Assembly (NCBI GenBank): GCA_036172245.1
Contig: JAYWIR010000017.1
Span: 3,658,001 to 3,722,000, forward strand
DNA: 64,000 bases
From: Raillietiella orientalis
Lineage: Eukaryota
Direction of reading: 5' to 3'
The notes beneath the pieces were generated by a model. The model saw only the letters and a program-made list of their open reading frames with translations. It was not told the DNA's origin and did not search any database. This document shows, in pieces, positions 49,251 to 61,799 of the stretch (positions are counted from its first letter, which is position 1; the number at the start of each line of letters is the position of its first letter). A program made the position numbers and the translations under genes.

Positions 49251-50779
49251 CATTCCTCCATCGAGATACATCTTCACGCGAAGACAAACCTTAACACGGA
49301 GACATCTGACAAGGAACGATTTCAACGGGGAATCGGGGAATGAAAGCAAAAATCGGAAATCTCGGGAAAGCAAACGCAGATTTTTTTGCTCGAGTTTTGG
49401 GACTTTGCCGCGCCATTCGAAGAGTACCCATCCTCAAGGGACAAGCCTCAAGAGCGTGCAACAGCTCACTAGCCGTAGTACATTTCTTGTTTTTTGTTTT
49501 CCCAAGGAACCACACCATGCAGCGTCTAGTCCCAGTTGGATGTACGCGTGACATTATCCGCTTGGGGGGATGATTTTCCCTCTCTCTGGAAGATTCTGCA
49601 CAATGCGAGCCGGCTTTCTAGGGCACACCACGCGACCATCTAGGAGTCCAGGAAACCCTTCCCACACAGATGAGATGAGGAAGAATTTAGTACTCCTGCA
49701 GAGTGGGAAGTAAACTGCTGAATGCCGCGGGGTTTTCGAGCCCATTGCCCAATGAGAAGTCACGTTCAAAGACTTCTCTTGGAACCGGCAGAGGTGGATC
49801 GAGTTTCTTGGAGCTCCACGGGGAAACCTGAAGATCCAGGGCTTCCTGTCGACGTCCTCATTCTTCCTCTTTGTTACCAATATACCTCTGATGCACTGAA
49901 ACCTTCCTCAAAATGAGGAACACTATCGTGCCTCAGCAGAGAGGATCCTTAAGGAATGTGCCTGTGGCGGATTAGCGAAAATCCCTCCGCACGTGCTTTT
50001 AGAATGCGTCAGGCTGCAGAAATGATGGATATGCAGCTCATGGACACTTTAATTTATCGTTGGTGCTCCCGAGAACCTGCTCAGAAGGATCCTTATCATT
50101 ATGGGCTCACCATCTGCCTCCCGACGGCCAACTAGGACCACGTCATTCCTCTTCCTCAATTCTCCCCTCATTGTGTTCCCGGTAAGACTTGTACCCTTTT
50201 GTCTGTGACCCGGTAGATGGCGGACCCTTTCTTTCTGTCTCATATTTTTTTCGTATTCCAAAGAAATGTTCCAGTAATCTGGAATGTGCGGGCATCTGTG
50301 TACCTTTGTACATGGCTTCTGAACACTGCTAAACTGAACCGGACTTCTTCCTTTCTGTTGCTCCTCAAAAATGACCATCACTGTGATCTCGATCTCCTCC
50401 TCATTTGACCTCTTTAGCCTTTCTCCGTTCATCTCATCTCACCTCTTCATCCTCTGTCATTATTCGCTCTACTTTGCATCCACTTTGACATGAGACGGCA
50501 TTACGCAAATCCATGTGTTTTTACTTAATGAGATCACCATCAAAAAAACCATCAGAAACAATCTGGAAAAATCAAACATGCCATCAGAATCTTCATCACC
50601 CTATTTGCCACCCTTTCTCCTTATCAGTCCGTCAAGCCTTGGATCATCACCCACGTGCTCACATCATTCTCATTAGTCACCATGTCATGATTCCCATGAT
50701 GACTCTTCGTTATCTGTGACAGCACTCCACACTTCCTGGCTTGAAGGAACCATGGCAGCCTTGTCACCATTCAACGCAC

Positions 50780-52480
50780 TCCTCTAAGCCATGAAAGTAA
50801 CCATTCTACCCGCGTCGTTGGTCGAGTGAAGACCCAGTTCCTTGTAGGGATCGTGGAGACTATTGAGGGTCGCTCTCTCCTTAACTGATCCAACCTTCCA
50901 GCAATCTGTGCTAGAAAAAAGCAAGGTCCTCTTGAGGGAGCCGGGAATTGAGCCCGGCTTTTCGTCTGGTGGACGATTGCATCGATGTTTCCAGCAGATG
51001 TCGTGACACATGTCGTAAGGAACAGTTGAACTCCTCCTCCGACTCGGTGAACAGAAAAGCTCCCGTAACGCTTCATCATCCCTAGGTCCCAGAGAACCGC
51101 CAATGCTTTCACTGAGGTCTGGACCCCTAGTAGAGGACGAAAGGAGAGCCACCTTGAAATATTTGGATTTGTCTTCCTCTCAAGTCTTTTCTGGTTTGAA
51201 AGTTGCTATCTTGTTTTCGAAAGGGTGGCACATATTCAGGTCGATGACCGAGAACAAGACTGTGTCCCACGCAGGACACTGCCCTCTCTCCCCATCCTCC
51301 CGTCCTCATCCCCGAATGGTTTTCTGTCAGAGAGTTCCATGATGCACTGCTTCGAGCAGCAGAACGGATTTTGAACTTCAACTTCGTGCTCATAGCACGG
51401 TCAAAGGTGCTCACGGTCCGCGTCGGCGGCCATATGGTCACGGTCTCCAAGCGTGGCACCGAGCGTCGCGGGTTCGAATACTCGGAAAGAATCGAGCCGA
51501 AGAAATGGATGCGTCATGGGTTCGAGCTCTTCCTTCAAGATGACACTGGTTGGCCTACATTTATTCGGGTGCGACGCCGACAGCGGTTCAAACCGGATGC
51601 CCTCGATGGGTGGCCGGGATTGGGAGTCGAATTCTGCGTCCTTCCAGGAATCAAGGAATGGGAGTTCCCCTCTGGTTGTGCAAAGGAGCAGGTCCCCCTT
51701 CCTTAGAGGGGACTCCTCCATGTCGAACGTGGAGTAGGTGTGCCGTCACCTCTCCAGAGAAGCGTGCCGCTCCCTCCGGAGAGTGCTCTTCTGAGAAATT
51801 TCGGAAGCGTCCCTTCAGGGTTCTCTACAGAGAAGTAAAACAAAGGGCGGTTTCTTTCCGTGGGGTCCCTCCGGGGGAAAAAAAATAGGGAGGGCCCTTC
51901 GGAATTCCCTTCGGAGACAACCAGCGTGGAAATTTCTCTTCGGGGACCCCCCAGGAGTGAGAAGAACCAATTCCGGAACCCTTCCTGGATTCATAGGGTG
52001 TCTCCTCCCATAGAGTACCCCCTGTCTTAAAATTATGCCTATTACAATTTAGGGTATTCTCCTAGGTCAAACACACCCACCACGTAAGCCTGAAGAAGGA
52101 AGGACGCAACGACTGAAAATTTCCGTGGTCCAAAGAACGCAAGTGTCTCTTCCCCGTCTTCTGAAACTTTCCAGGCACGTCCCTCTGAGGAGGAGAAAGA
52201 AAGATTCCAGGTCTGAGCCTGTGGGAGAAGCTGACGATACTCTTCTTGCCGCACGCAACCTCTCGAAGGGAAGTTCTGAGGCAGGTGGGTCCCTCAACGA
52301 GCCGGAGCTGGAAAGAACGTCTGCACTCATCCTCGTCATGGGAACGCGAGCGGAGACAGCTGGTTGTCTCGTTTATGGCAGGTACGGACTTGGAGAGCGA
52401 GCGGTTGTTAAAGAGAAGTTCGGGTTCTCCACCCGGGGATGATGCAGTAAAGTTTGTTGCTGGACCACAAGAAAATAGGT
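50780..52480. mobile_element. Mosaic of L1/Tx1-type fragments in both orientations
   Basis: The minus strand at 50780-51300 has ICWKHRCN (like the L1/Tx1 IWxxRN motif). Plus-strand 51485-52025 is homologous to the reverse complement of 54145-54405 (shared GGATGCCC.CGATG.GTGGCCGGGAT and CTGGATTCATAGGGTG). 52030-52480 has a PITI*GILLG (YLG-like) remnant. Confidence 0.5.
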
Positions 52481-52679
52481 GGGGCATCAGCTGTTTTTTT
52501 CTTGATCAGCTTCGATCAGGAGCAATGACTTCCATCTCGCAGTGACTCTCGGGGGGGGGATTGAGATGCACAGTGGTAAGGAACGCCACAGGTAAACAAA
52601 AATGAATAAAGGGTTGATGGGAGGAAGTCGAGGGTCAACAGGAACAAAGAGGAAGCCTGCAGCTCCGCCACTGCTCAGC

Positions 52680-53610
52680 ATTACACAGGCAATGTCGTCC
52701 GCTTCCTAGGACCCTCCATTTGAACGAGATGTTGGATTGAGGTGGTCAGGCCACCCATGTCTCTTCTGGCCCTATCGATGATGACAAGTACGGCTTGATG
52801 TTGCTGGGGTTGAGGGTGTTCCATTCTCTTCCCTTTTTTCATCCCCGCAGGCATACCACGAATAGTGCAATGCGGAATGGCGCCTGCAGCGACAATAGAA
52901 AGTCCTTTCGGGAGTGTATACCAGCTCTGCAGGAATCTCAGGTTCAGAAGTTGCATAGTAGCTCCAGCAACTTCTCCCATAAGGAAAGAGGGTTCCGCAT
53001 CCCAGAAACTATTGCGGAGAGGCTTCCCAGAGGATACGCTCCCCATTCTCGCTAGTCAGTTGATGACGACTTTCATCAGATGGGAACGTCCCCTAACGGA
53101 AGTCGTGCTAGAAGAGAGGAAAACCACCGCAGGGCACTGGTGCCAGATGGTGAGCACTATGCTGTTGCACGGAAGGGGAGCTCAAACTTGGAAGGGGGGA
53201 GCATCTCAGAAGGTTTACTCAGTGGAGCATCCCCTGGAAGAAAAGCGTGCCTGGGGATGACCGTGTGGATCGCCGGCCTGCCATCCGCATGCCGAGGATG
53301 CGAGTTGCGGCGGGAAGGTTTCCCATCGGGCAATTTCCTGGATGACAGACCTACAAGGAGGCAGACCTGCATCTTGAGGATGGGACAGGGAATGTCAGGT
53401 CTGGAAATGGCAATTCTCGGTCGATCTCGCGGTATCCATTTTGACAGCGTCCGACTTTGAAGTTAGAGTACTGAGTGGTCCGCCGTCTTGCCCTCGATGG
53501 TTACGGGGGTGTTCAGCAGTCGCTGAGCGAGAGCTGTCTCTTTTCAGATCAGCTCAACGGCTTCTTTCCTGCCCACCACAAAAGAGAGTCCTTAGAAATC
53601 TCCACTGCCT
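52680..53610 (-). mobile_element. Deleted L1/Tx1 copy (ORF1 fragment joined to an ORF2 C-terminal remnant)
   Basis: 53468-53610 aligns with 63157-63300 (ORF1 region of the copy at 61800-63550). 52700-53060 encodes GER..FLGC..LWEKL and HCTIRG, similar to GERETLPHLLVDC..LWERF and LCCIRG at 61190-61385. Confidence 0.6.
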
Positions 53611-54029
53611 GATAGGACGTGATCATGCATGTAGTCATTGGAAACCACAGACTAAATCACCTGTCTCCCCTTGCTTGCCCTTTGACAACTCTTATGAATT
53701 CTTTCTGCGTTTCTTATCGATCCTCACCACGTTATAGAATGCCATGCATTTATTGATATCCTAAACATTTGTGGTATTTATAAATTAAGTCATCTGCTCG
53801 CTGTCTCTCAACGAGGATACCATAAGTGTTTTGTTTTATGCCAGATAAAATATAGGTACACTGAATATTAAATGATGATCGATTGATTAAAAACATTTGT
53901 TCTGCACAATTAACATTAATAACTATTTTTGATGAAATGAAATTGCGTATTTGTAGAACTTTATACACACTAATTAAAAACAATGTTTGCTGCTGTGTAC
54001 GGGTTCATGGGATGTTGGATGATCACAGC

Positions 54030-57000
54030 TGAAGGTCAGGCGTTTGTTTTGGCTCGCCAAGTGTTGAAGAATCGTTGGCCTCTTCAGGGGGAGAGGAGGG
54101 CTCACAAAGCTCCTTAACACCGTCCACGTCAGCTGAGAGTGAGTTAGGGGGTACCCCGGCAGGGGACCACCCTATGAATCCAGAATGGGCTCCTTAGAAA
54201 GGAGTCCGTTCCTCACGCTTGGGAGGCAACTCCGATTCTCATTCCTTGAAGGACCCCGGAGGGTCAACTTCCGATCCCGGCCACTCATCGGGGGCATCCA
54301 ATTTGCCAGCTTCTACCAGTGCCGGATCCGAATAGAGACCAACTGAAGTTATCTTGCGGGGAAAACTCGAATACACGCTCCCTCATTTCTCTGGTATCGA
54401 TCCTTAATTTTCACCCAGTCACACAGGGGAGTTTATTGTAAAAAGAAAAACCATTCAAAAGGCTTTTCTTTGTGGTGGTTTCACAGCGACACTACTACGA
54501 TGGCAGATGCTTCGGAGACACTGCTTCTCGTGAACAGATCCTCCCAATGAGGTCCGCACAGGAGAAGTGAGAGAAGGGATGAACGCAAACAAAAGCGCAA
54601 AAGCTCAGTTCAAAAATATGTTGGGAGGGGAGGGGAGGGATCACATATTCCGTCCCGGCGTCCTCAGAATCCTCTGAAGGATGTAGGAAACGTTCCTCTT
54701 TTTGTTGGCGGAGATATGGCCATCTTGCCGCCTTCCTCACGAAGGAGGCAGGTGATTGGAATGACCTCACCGTTCGACTGACCTCTTTCGGAGCACGGCT
54801 TCTCGCTGCCGCGATCGACGAAGGCAGCACGGAGCTGCAAGGGGAGAAGCTGCAGGCGACATTGAGTCCCACTTGAAGAAGCGCCGCAAGACCTCTCTGC
54901 CCATCGGGAATGGGAGGGCCGCAGCGAAGCGTTCCCGGACACTCAGGAGGGCAAGAACACAATCCAACAACAGGTGCGGTAAGGTTTCCGGTTTTCCGCA
55001 CCTGGCACAGTCTTAGTCCGCACTCCTCTTCGTCTAGGGGTAGACTCGAGCGTTGCAGGGATCTTCCGGTACAACGACTGCAATGCCGAGTCCTGCTACT
55101 TCAGGGGAAGCGTGGAGCGGTCCACAAACACTGGGGGAGTTTGTACCTCTCCTAAGGGAATGCCCACAAGTTCCTCAGAGCAAAGAATTCCTCTGGGGAG
55201 GGCAGAAGAGTACATGCGTCATCCAGTTGACGCGCCGTCCAGCATTCCAGCTGCTTCTTTTTTCCCGCGATCCCTTAGGATACTTCCTATCTCACAAGTC
55301 CATTGCCATGTCCGTTTTGTCCATGGTGTTGAGCGTGGCTGCAAGTGGATTGTTCAGTGCCCGGGTGGTATTTCTTGGACTTTCCATGATTTCTTGCAAC
55401 GAGTAGCGAGCGCAGTTCGAGAATCGCTGTCATCGTGATGGCCCCAGGCTCATGTCATTTCTTCTCGCCCAGTCTAAACCATTTCCTGTTTCCAAGCACC
55501 ACAGTTGGTGGGGAGGCAGGAAATCCATCGGTTCTCCTGGACCAAGCCAAATATTTGCAGGAGTTGGTACCTGCATCGGGGCAACTCTCCTGGTGACCAT
55601 GCACGTGGAACGTACCGAATCCCTCGGAGCCGATTCTCGCTTGGCCGGAATTCTGGCTGGGAGGAAGTAATGGGTGATCCATAACTTCGCCGCTAGGGCT
55701 AGCCTTCTACATTGCAGCTGACTCTCCATCCTCTGCAGGCTGAGGACGTCGAGTCCGCCGATTCCGGCATCCCGATGCGGCGCTCATTAGTCCTTCAACA
55801 GGACCTTCGATCTCAGAAGACTTTTCGCAGAGGGTCCTCAGTCCGCTTTTTCACATCCCCGGATGGGTGGCAGACAGAAAGCTGGGGTCGGAGGAGGAGA
55901 GCCACGAACGTGTTTCAGAGGACAGCCTGTTTCTGCAGGAGGAACCTGCCATCCAGGAACGCGTCGAGCTCCGATTCCGCCTTTGGAGAGCAACCAGACC
56001 AGACTGCTGCTGAGCCGAAGTTCCCCAACAAAACGTCCAGGTCCTCAAAGCACCTCCTGGAGATCCCCAAGAGGATTTGGTCCGACTGACCCACCCACGT
56101 CGCACCAACGGAAAGCACAGTCGTCGATTTCGTCCTGTTCCTACGCATGCCAGCCCTCCGGCAGATCAGCTCGAGGAATTCTTCGAGCGATGCTGCCGGG
56201 ACAGACATGGGTAACAAGAGCAGATCGTCGGCATAGACCGACACGGCAGGCGTACCGGGGCACGAGCAAGGAAGAGCAGCAAGAATTGCTCTGCCTGCTC
56301 TTAGCTCCAAGTAGACCCGAAGAGCAACGGGTTCAGGCTGTCTTCTTGCCTAATTCGGCGCCGCACGGGTACACCGTACACGTGTCAGCCGTTGAGAAAA
56401 ATGATCATCGCATCGCGCCAGAGAGAGCGCAGGTAGTCCAGGAAGACATCCAGGAATCCCGTGCGTTCCAGAAGTTCCAAAAAGAGTACCTGTTCGATGC
56501 AGTCAAATGCCTTCTGCAAATCGATTGAGACAGCAAGGGGTTCCCGACGTCTCCGATTCAACGTGGCCTCCCGATCCCTGACGATCTCGGAATTCAGGAT
56601 TCCTTTGGCTAACTGGCGCAACCCTTTGATGCAGCTGAAGCCAGGAGCTGACCAAGAACAGCTTAGTTTTCACTCTTCGTCCGGGAAGAGCGTATGTCTG
56701 CTCCGGACTGATGAATGTTTTCGCCAACCGCCGCAGGCGCTCAGTTTATAGCTTCGCGAGCAGCTTGGCGTTCCGTGATGATCCCGGTAATCGAACGCGA
56801 GTTGCTTATGTTGCGATGATCTCCTCCCTTTTGTGGAAGACGTGCACTTGCTGATCGGGAGCAGGCGAGCACCTCTCCTGTCTCCGAATCAGCGTTCATA
56901 TCCGATGCACCAGTGGGGTCAGTTCTGCTGCGAATTACTGGTAAAATTCAGATGGCAGGTCGTCTTCCCCTGATGCTTTACCTTCTTGAGCTTGCCGATG

Positions 57001-58005
57001 ACGAAGATGATCTCTCCCATCGAGAACAGTTAGCTCAAGAGAGTTAGCTCCCCGATCGCGGGAACGCCTTCAGCGAGCAATCTCTGAGCGAAGCCGCGTT
57101 CCGGTGGTACTCTCGCGTACAGAGAGGAGTGAAATTGGCGCACGATTTGTCGTATTTCTGTTGAGGGCGAGCGCTCCCTGCTCTGGTCGTCCATTAAGAT
57201 GGCTGTCCCTGACTGCAGGGCCTGTCGCTCATCCCCGGCTTTCATCTCGGCCAGATGATGAACATCTGGTCTTTTCTGCAAACACTGAGCTCGGAGATAC
57301 GCGCACTCGTCGGAATTCTTCGAGCGATGCTGATCGTCGTCATACGTCATAGACCGACACGGCAGGCGTACCGGGGCACGAGCCAGGAAGGGCAGCCCTA
57401 TCCAAACCCGCCGGGAAGGTGGTCTACAGGGAAACTCGTGCAGAACTCTCGGACCGAGCGCTTTTTCCTGTCCCAGTCTTCGAGTTGCTGCACCTTTGCA
57501 TCTCTCAGGAAGTTGCAGGACTGTTCCGCAGCCTCTGGGAGATGGAGCCCAATCCCTAGGTAGGCTCCACGCGTTGGAAGTGGAAACTTTTCCACGTAGG
57601 AGTACTTTTAGCTCAATACGGTCGTCGTCTCATAGCGTCGTTCGTGTTTTTTCACGATAACCGACCCACGAGTGCAGGTGGTCGTCGAAGAAGACGTTGC
57701 CTTGCATACCAATGACCCAGTCAATAAGTTGCACGTGTGCAATGCTGCGCACTACTCGTCAACCAGGTTGAACTGGCCGCTAGACCTTTCTGAAAAGAGG
57801 GGAATGTTGAAATCTCCTGCTATCAGGTGGGCTTTCCGCACGCCTGCTTCCACCAACCATCCGCGCTTCAGGACTTCGAAAAATCTGGTCCTCGCCCCGC
57901 GCATGATGAAGCCGCTTGGTGCGTTCATGTTCGCCACGACGAGGTCGATCGACACGGACCACTTCACGACAAGTTGTCCTACTCGAAGTCCCTCGTCGAG
58001 CTGGG
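54030..58005 (-). mobile_element. 5'-truncated, degenerate L1/Tx1-clade non-LTR retrotransposon (copy A)
   Basis: APE motif KAHLIAGDFN; RT motifs ISPEQTYALPGR, SIDLQKAFD and VYADDLL; C-terminal CARCGKPETLPHLLLDC. Its 3' motifs TGACGTGGACGGTGTTAAG and AAACAAACGCC are shared with copy B. Many frameshifts. Confidence 0.9.
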
Positions 58006-58009
58006 CTCG

Positions 58010-61000
58010 CCTGTCGCCGACGGATCCGCGTGACCTGTTGGAATGTCAACGGGCTGCGAGACGACGGCAACAGGCGAGATACAGCCGACACCCTGCGAGA
58101 ATTCGACCTGGCGCTTCTGCAGGAGATCCACGTGATCACTGCAAGAGACGTTGAGGAGATCGAGAGGATCGCAGGGGGTCGGTTGTATTGGCGATGCGGC
58201 AACCGCAACACCTGCGGTGTCGCGTTCTTTCTGAAGCCAGCAGTCGACGCTTCCGTGAGGAACGTACGCTTCGATGACAACGGTCGTGTTGGACAGATGA
58301 TGCTATGCTGGTCCGACACGATCGATCTCATCGTTACCAACGTGTATGCTCCAAGCGGTAGCAAAGGGTACGCGGAAAGAACTCAGTTCTTCCAGTACCT
58401 GAAGCGCGACTGGCTGACAGATGCAGGAGTGCGCAAGGCCCACCTGATAGCCGGGGACTTTAACCTCCACCTGCTCTCAGGTGCGTGCTGCACGCAAAAG
58501 AAGGTGCCGATCGAGTTGTGCTCCGCCATGCGCGCGCGCAACTTGATGGAGGGACACCCAGAAATGGAGGACAACATCGACCACGTTTTCCTCGACCACG
58601 ACCTGTGTACTCGAGTAGGTAAACGAGGAAGGCTCCCGTCGACTCTGTCCGACCATTTCCGTCTGATCTTCGATGTTTGGCCACGCGATAAGGGACCCCC
58701 TTCGAGGGCGTGGCGTCTACCGGGGGATTGGACGAGGCTCCCAGGTGCGGCGGATCATCTCCGCCAATTCCTGAGAGGCGTCACCCTCCGGAATCTCGAG
58801 GATTGGGACGTCTTCAAGCGTTCGGTCCACGAGTTCTGTGAAGAGTTCCCCCTGGGGCACCTTCCCTCCGGGTTTGGGGAAGGAACTTGCAACGAAAGGG
58901 CGTATTTATACGCCCTTCGTTACGCGAGGACCCCCAACGTCCGTCGCCTGGCCGAGTACCGAGCCGGGGCTGAGCGCCAAGCCTGGCAGTCCGGGCAACC
59001 CACCCTGTTGGATGACCAGGACCGGGAACACTCGGCCCCTGCCGCGATTCGACACATCCTGAGAAAATTTTATTCCTCCCTGTACGCCAGGGCGCCTCCC
59101 GAGCGGGACGCCTCGCGACTGCTGCTCCCAGACGGAGCCCCGGCCATAGGGGAGGAAGAGAAGGAAAGCCCCGACGAGCCTTTTACGACCGGTGAAATTA
59201 TCACCTCGATAAAAGGGCTCAAGACGCGGAAGGCACCAGGGGAGGACGGCCTGCCCGCGGAGTTTTTTCAAAGCTTCGCGGCAGAGTTGACCCCCTTGGT
59301 GCATAAGTTGACACAGCTGATAGGGAAGAAGACGATGTTCCCGCCTCGTTCCGGTCAGCTAAGATGAGGCCCCTTCCTAAGGGAGGAGACCTCCGTAAGT
59401 TGAACAACTGGCGTCCGATCACGGTCATTAACACGGACGTCAAGTTGGTCGCGAAACTGTGGGCTGCGCGGCTCGGACAGGTAGCCGAATCCGTAATTAG
59501 CCCGGAGCAGACTTACGCTGCTCCCGGGCGAAGTATGGAGGCTAACCTCTTCTTCGCCAGCACATGGTTTCATGTGCAAAGAAAAGTCAAAGAGCATAAA
59601 AGATGTTTCGGCAACCCCAATTTAAGGGTGACCGCTGGTCAGGATGGACAGCCGGGCGGGCAAGAGTGCCTTAGCGATCGCAGTCGATCTTCATAAAGCT
59701 TTCGATTGCGTGGACCAGGAGCTTCTCCTGGAGCTTCTGCATCGCATGGGCTTCCCACCTACCTTAACGGCATACTTGCGCTCCTGCTGGCGCGCCGCGC
59801 TGACAAATATCTGTTTCAGAGGACAGAACGTGTACGGCGTGCCGGTGCGCCGCGGGATTCGGCAGGGCGATAACCTCAGACCTCTTTAGTACCTACTTCG
59901 AGTTGGTGCTAAGAGCTTACAGGATGACTTTGGCTGCCTTGCCAAGCTCGTGCCCCGGCACGCCTGCCCTGTCCGCATATGCCGACGATCTGCTGCTCCT
60001 GCTCCCAATGTCCGCCCCGGCAACGGCAGTCGAATATTTCTTCGACCTGCTAAGCCATGGGACAGGGCTACGGGTCAACAGGGCAAAATCGTCGATACAC
60101 TTTCTGAGGACGGCCTGACTGGATCCGCCTGGGGATCCCGACGGGCACACATCTGAAGTACCTTGGCGTTCCGCTGGGGGACTTCTGCCCGTCAGAAGCA
60201 TGGTCAGGCCGTCTTCAGAAAGTGTATTTGGCGATCGGCCCGTCCCTGGAGGGCAAGTTCCACTTGCCGGAACGGGCCACAGTATGGAACGCTTTTGCGG
60301 CCCCCATCCTTCGCCCCTACTTTTTGTCTGCCCTGTCCCCATGAATATGAAAAAACGGACAAAGGACCTCCTGCGCATCGCCCTTTGGGGCAAGGGGAGG
60401 CCCCGAGTCCCTTTGATGGACTTGTGCTCTCCGCGTCGTGATGGTGGTCTAGGCCTCCAGACGCTGGAGCGCATGGAAATTCAGCTGCGATGGCGAACCT
60501 TGGCCATCGCAGCGTTGTGGAGCACCCCCTGGTGTGTTCCTGCCCGCCTCCTCGCCAGACGTGCATCCGGAACCGGAGGACTTGCATCTCTTCTTTTATG
60601 TCGTGGAAAGAAGATAAGAAGATGCGGCCTTCTCCTCGGACGAGTAGCCACCCTGGCGAAGGAGAATGCGCTGATGATCTGCAGCCCCGTCAACTCCAGC
60701 GCATGGCTGGAAGAAACAGTTGGCACGTGGGCGGTAGTGAATCAGAGGAGCCACGAGAGGTGGAATAGCCTGCGACGCGGCAGATACGCCCACTGCACTC
60801 TACGCGAGATCCTGGATTGTCCAGCCAGGAGCACGTGGGCAGAGACGACCTGCCTAGCGACGGTGCTGCCCTTCCTACGTAGGGCCCTCGTCGGCAGCCG
60901 GACGCCGAGGTGGCAAGTCTCTTGCCGTATCGCAGGCAGAGAAAAATTGTTGAGCGGTTGGACTATGGGACAGCTGGCGGACGCCACAACCCATAGCGTC

Positions 61001-61745
61001 CTTCCGCAAGGACTTAGAAAATGGGGCGAGCTGCTCGGCATCACGACGGATGACCTGAAGTGGCCCCCAGTGATAACCGAAACTAGAATCCTTCTCCTAA
61101 AATGGCAGGAGTCGGCGCTCATGCTGTTGCACTGGGGACTCTCCCTGCCGCCACCACTGGTCACGGGGAAGTGTGAACCCAAACTGTGCCAGATGTGGGG
61201 AGCGGGAAACCCTCCCGCACCTTTTAGTTGACTGTGCTGCCCTCCGGCCCCTGTGGGAACGCTTCGGTTCCACCTTAGGGATCCTGGAAGGTAGCCTTCC
61301 CAGAGACGTTTTTCGGCTTTTCTTCGTGCAGGGCGCCTTGCAGCCAGCCGCTGTCGTAGCAACGCTCTGCTGCATCCGCGGTGTTGTGGCGGCTTCAAGT
61401 GGATCCGACGAAGCAGAAGATGTTAACGGAAGGGATGTCATGGAGTATGCAGCTCGCTTTCTGCGAATAGCAGCCCAATGACCTCGTCGGCATCCTGCAA
61501 AGGATGGAGGCTCCACGCAACGGACAGTGATCCCTTCCCGGCCTTCCAAATGACAAGTATTTTTACTTTTTATTTTTTTTTATTTTTGTTTTTCCCCAAC
61601 CCCATCCGTTGACGTGGAGTGTTAAGTCGGTCTGCGCACCGACCACCCGACAGCTCCATAGAACTATTGGCCGCAGCGGGGCCTTGTACCTCAAACGCTG
61701 TAAGTTTTCTGAAATAAACGCCCCGGCTTGACCGGGTGAAAACGT
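58010..61745 (+). mobile_element. L1/Tx1-clade non-LTR retrotransposon ORF2 (APE endonuclease, RT, CCHC), full length but frameshifted (copy B)
   Basis: Motifs in order: CWNVNGL, LLQEIH, NVYAPS, AGDFN, IDHVF, SDH; KAPGEDGLPAEFF, NWRPITVINTDVK, DLHKAFD, GIRQGD, YADDLL, KYLGV, GGLGL; C-x2-C-x7-H-x4-C (CARCGERETLPHLLVDC). The stop is at 61481, followed by a T-rich 3' UTR and AATAAA at 61713-61718. At least five frame disruptions. Confidence 0.95.
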
Positions 61746-61799
61746 CGAGCTAAACGTCTAATACCGAGCTTTCCACGGTTGGTCTCAGCAAAAAGGCGA

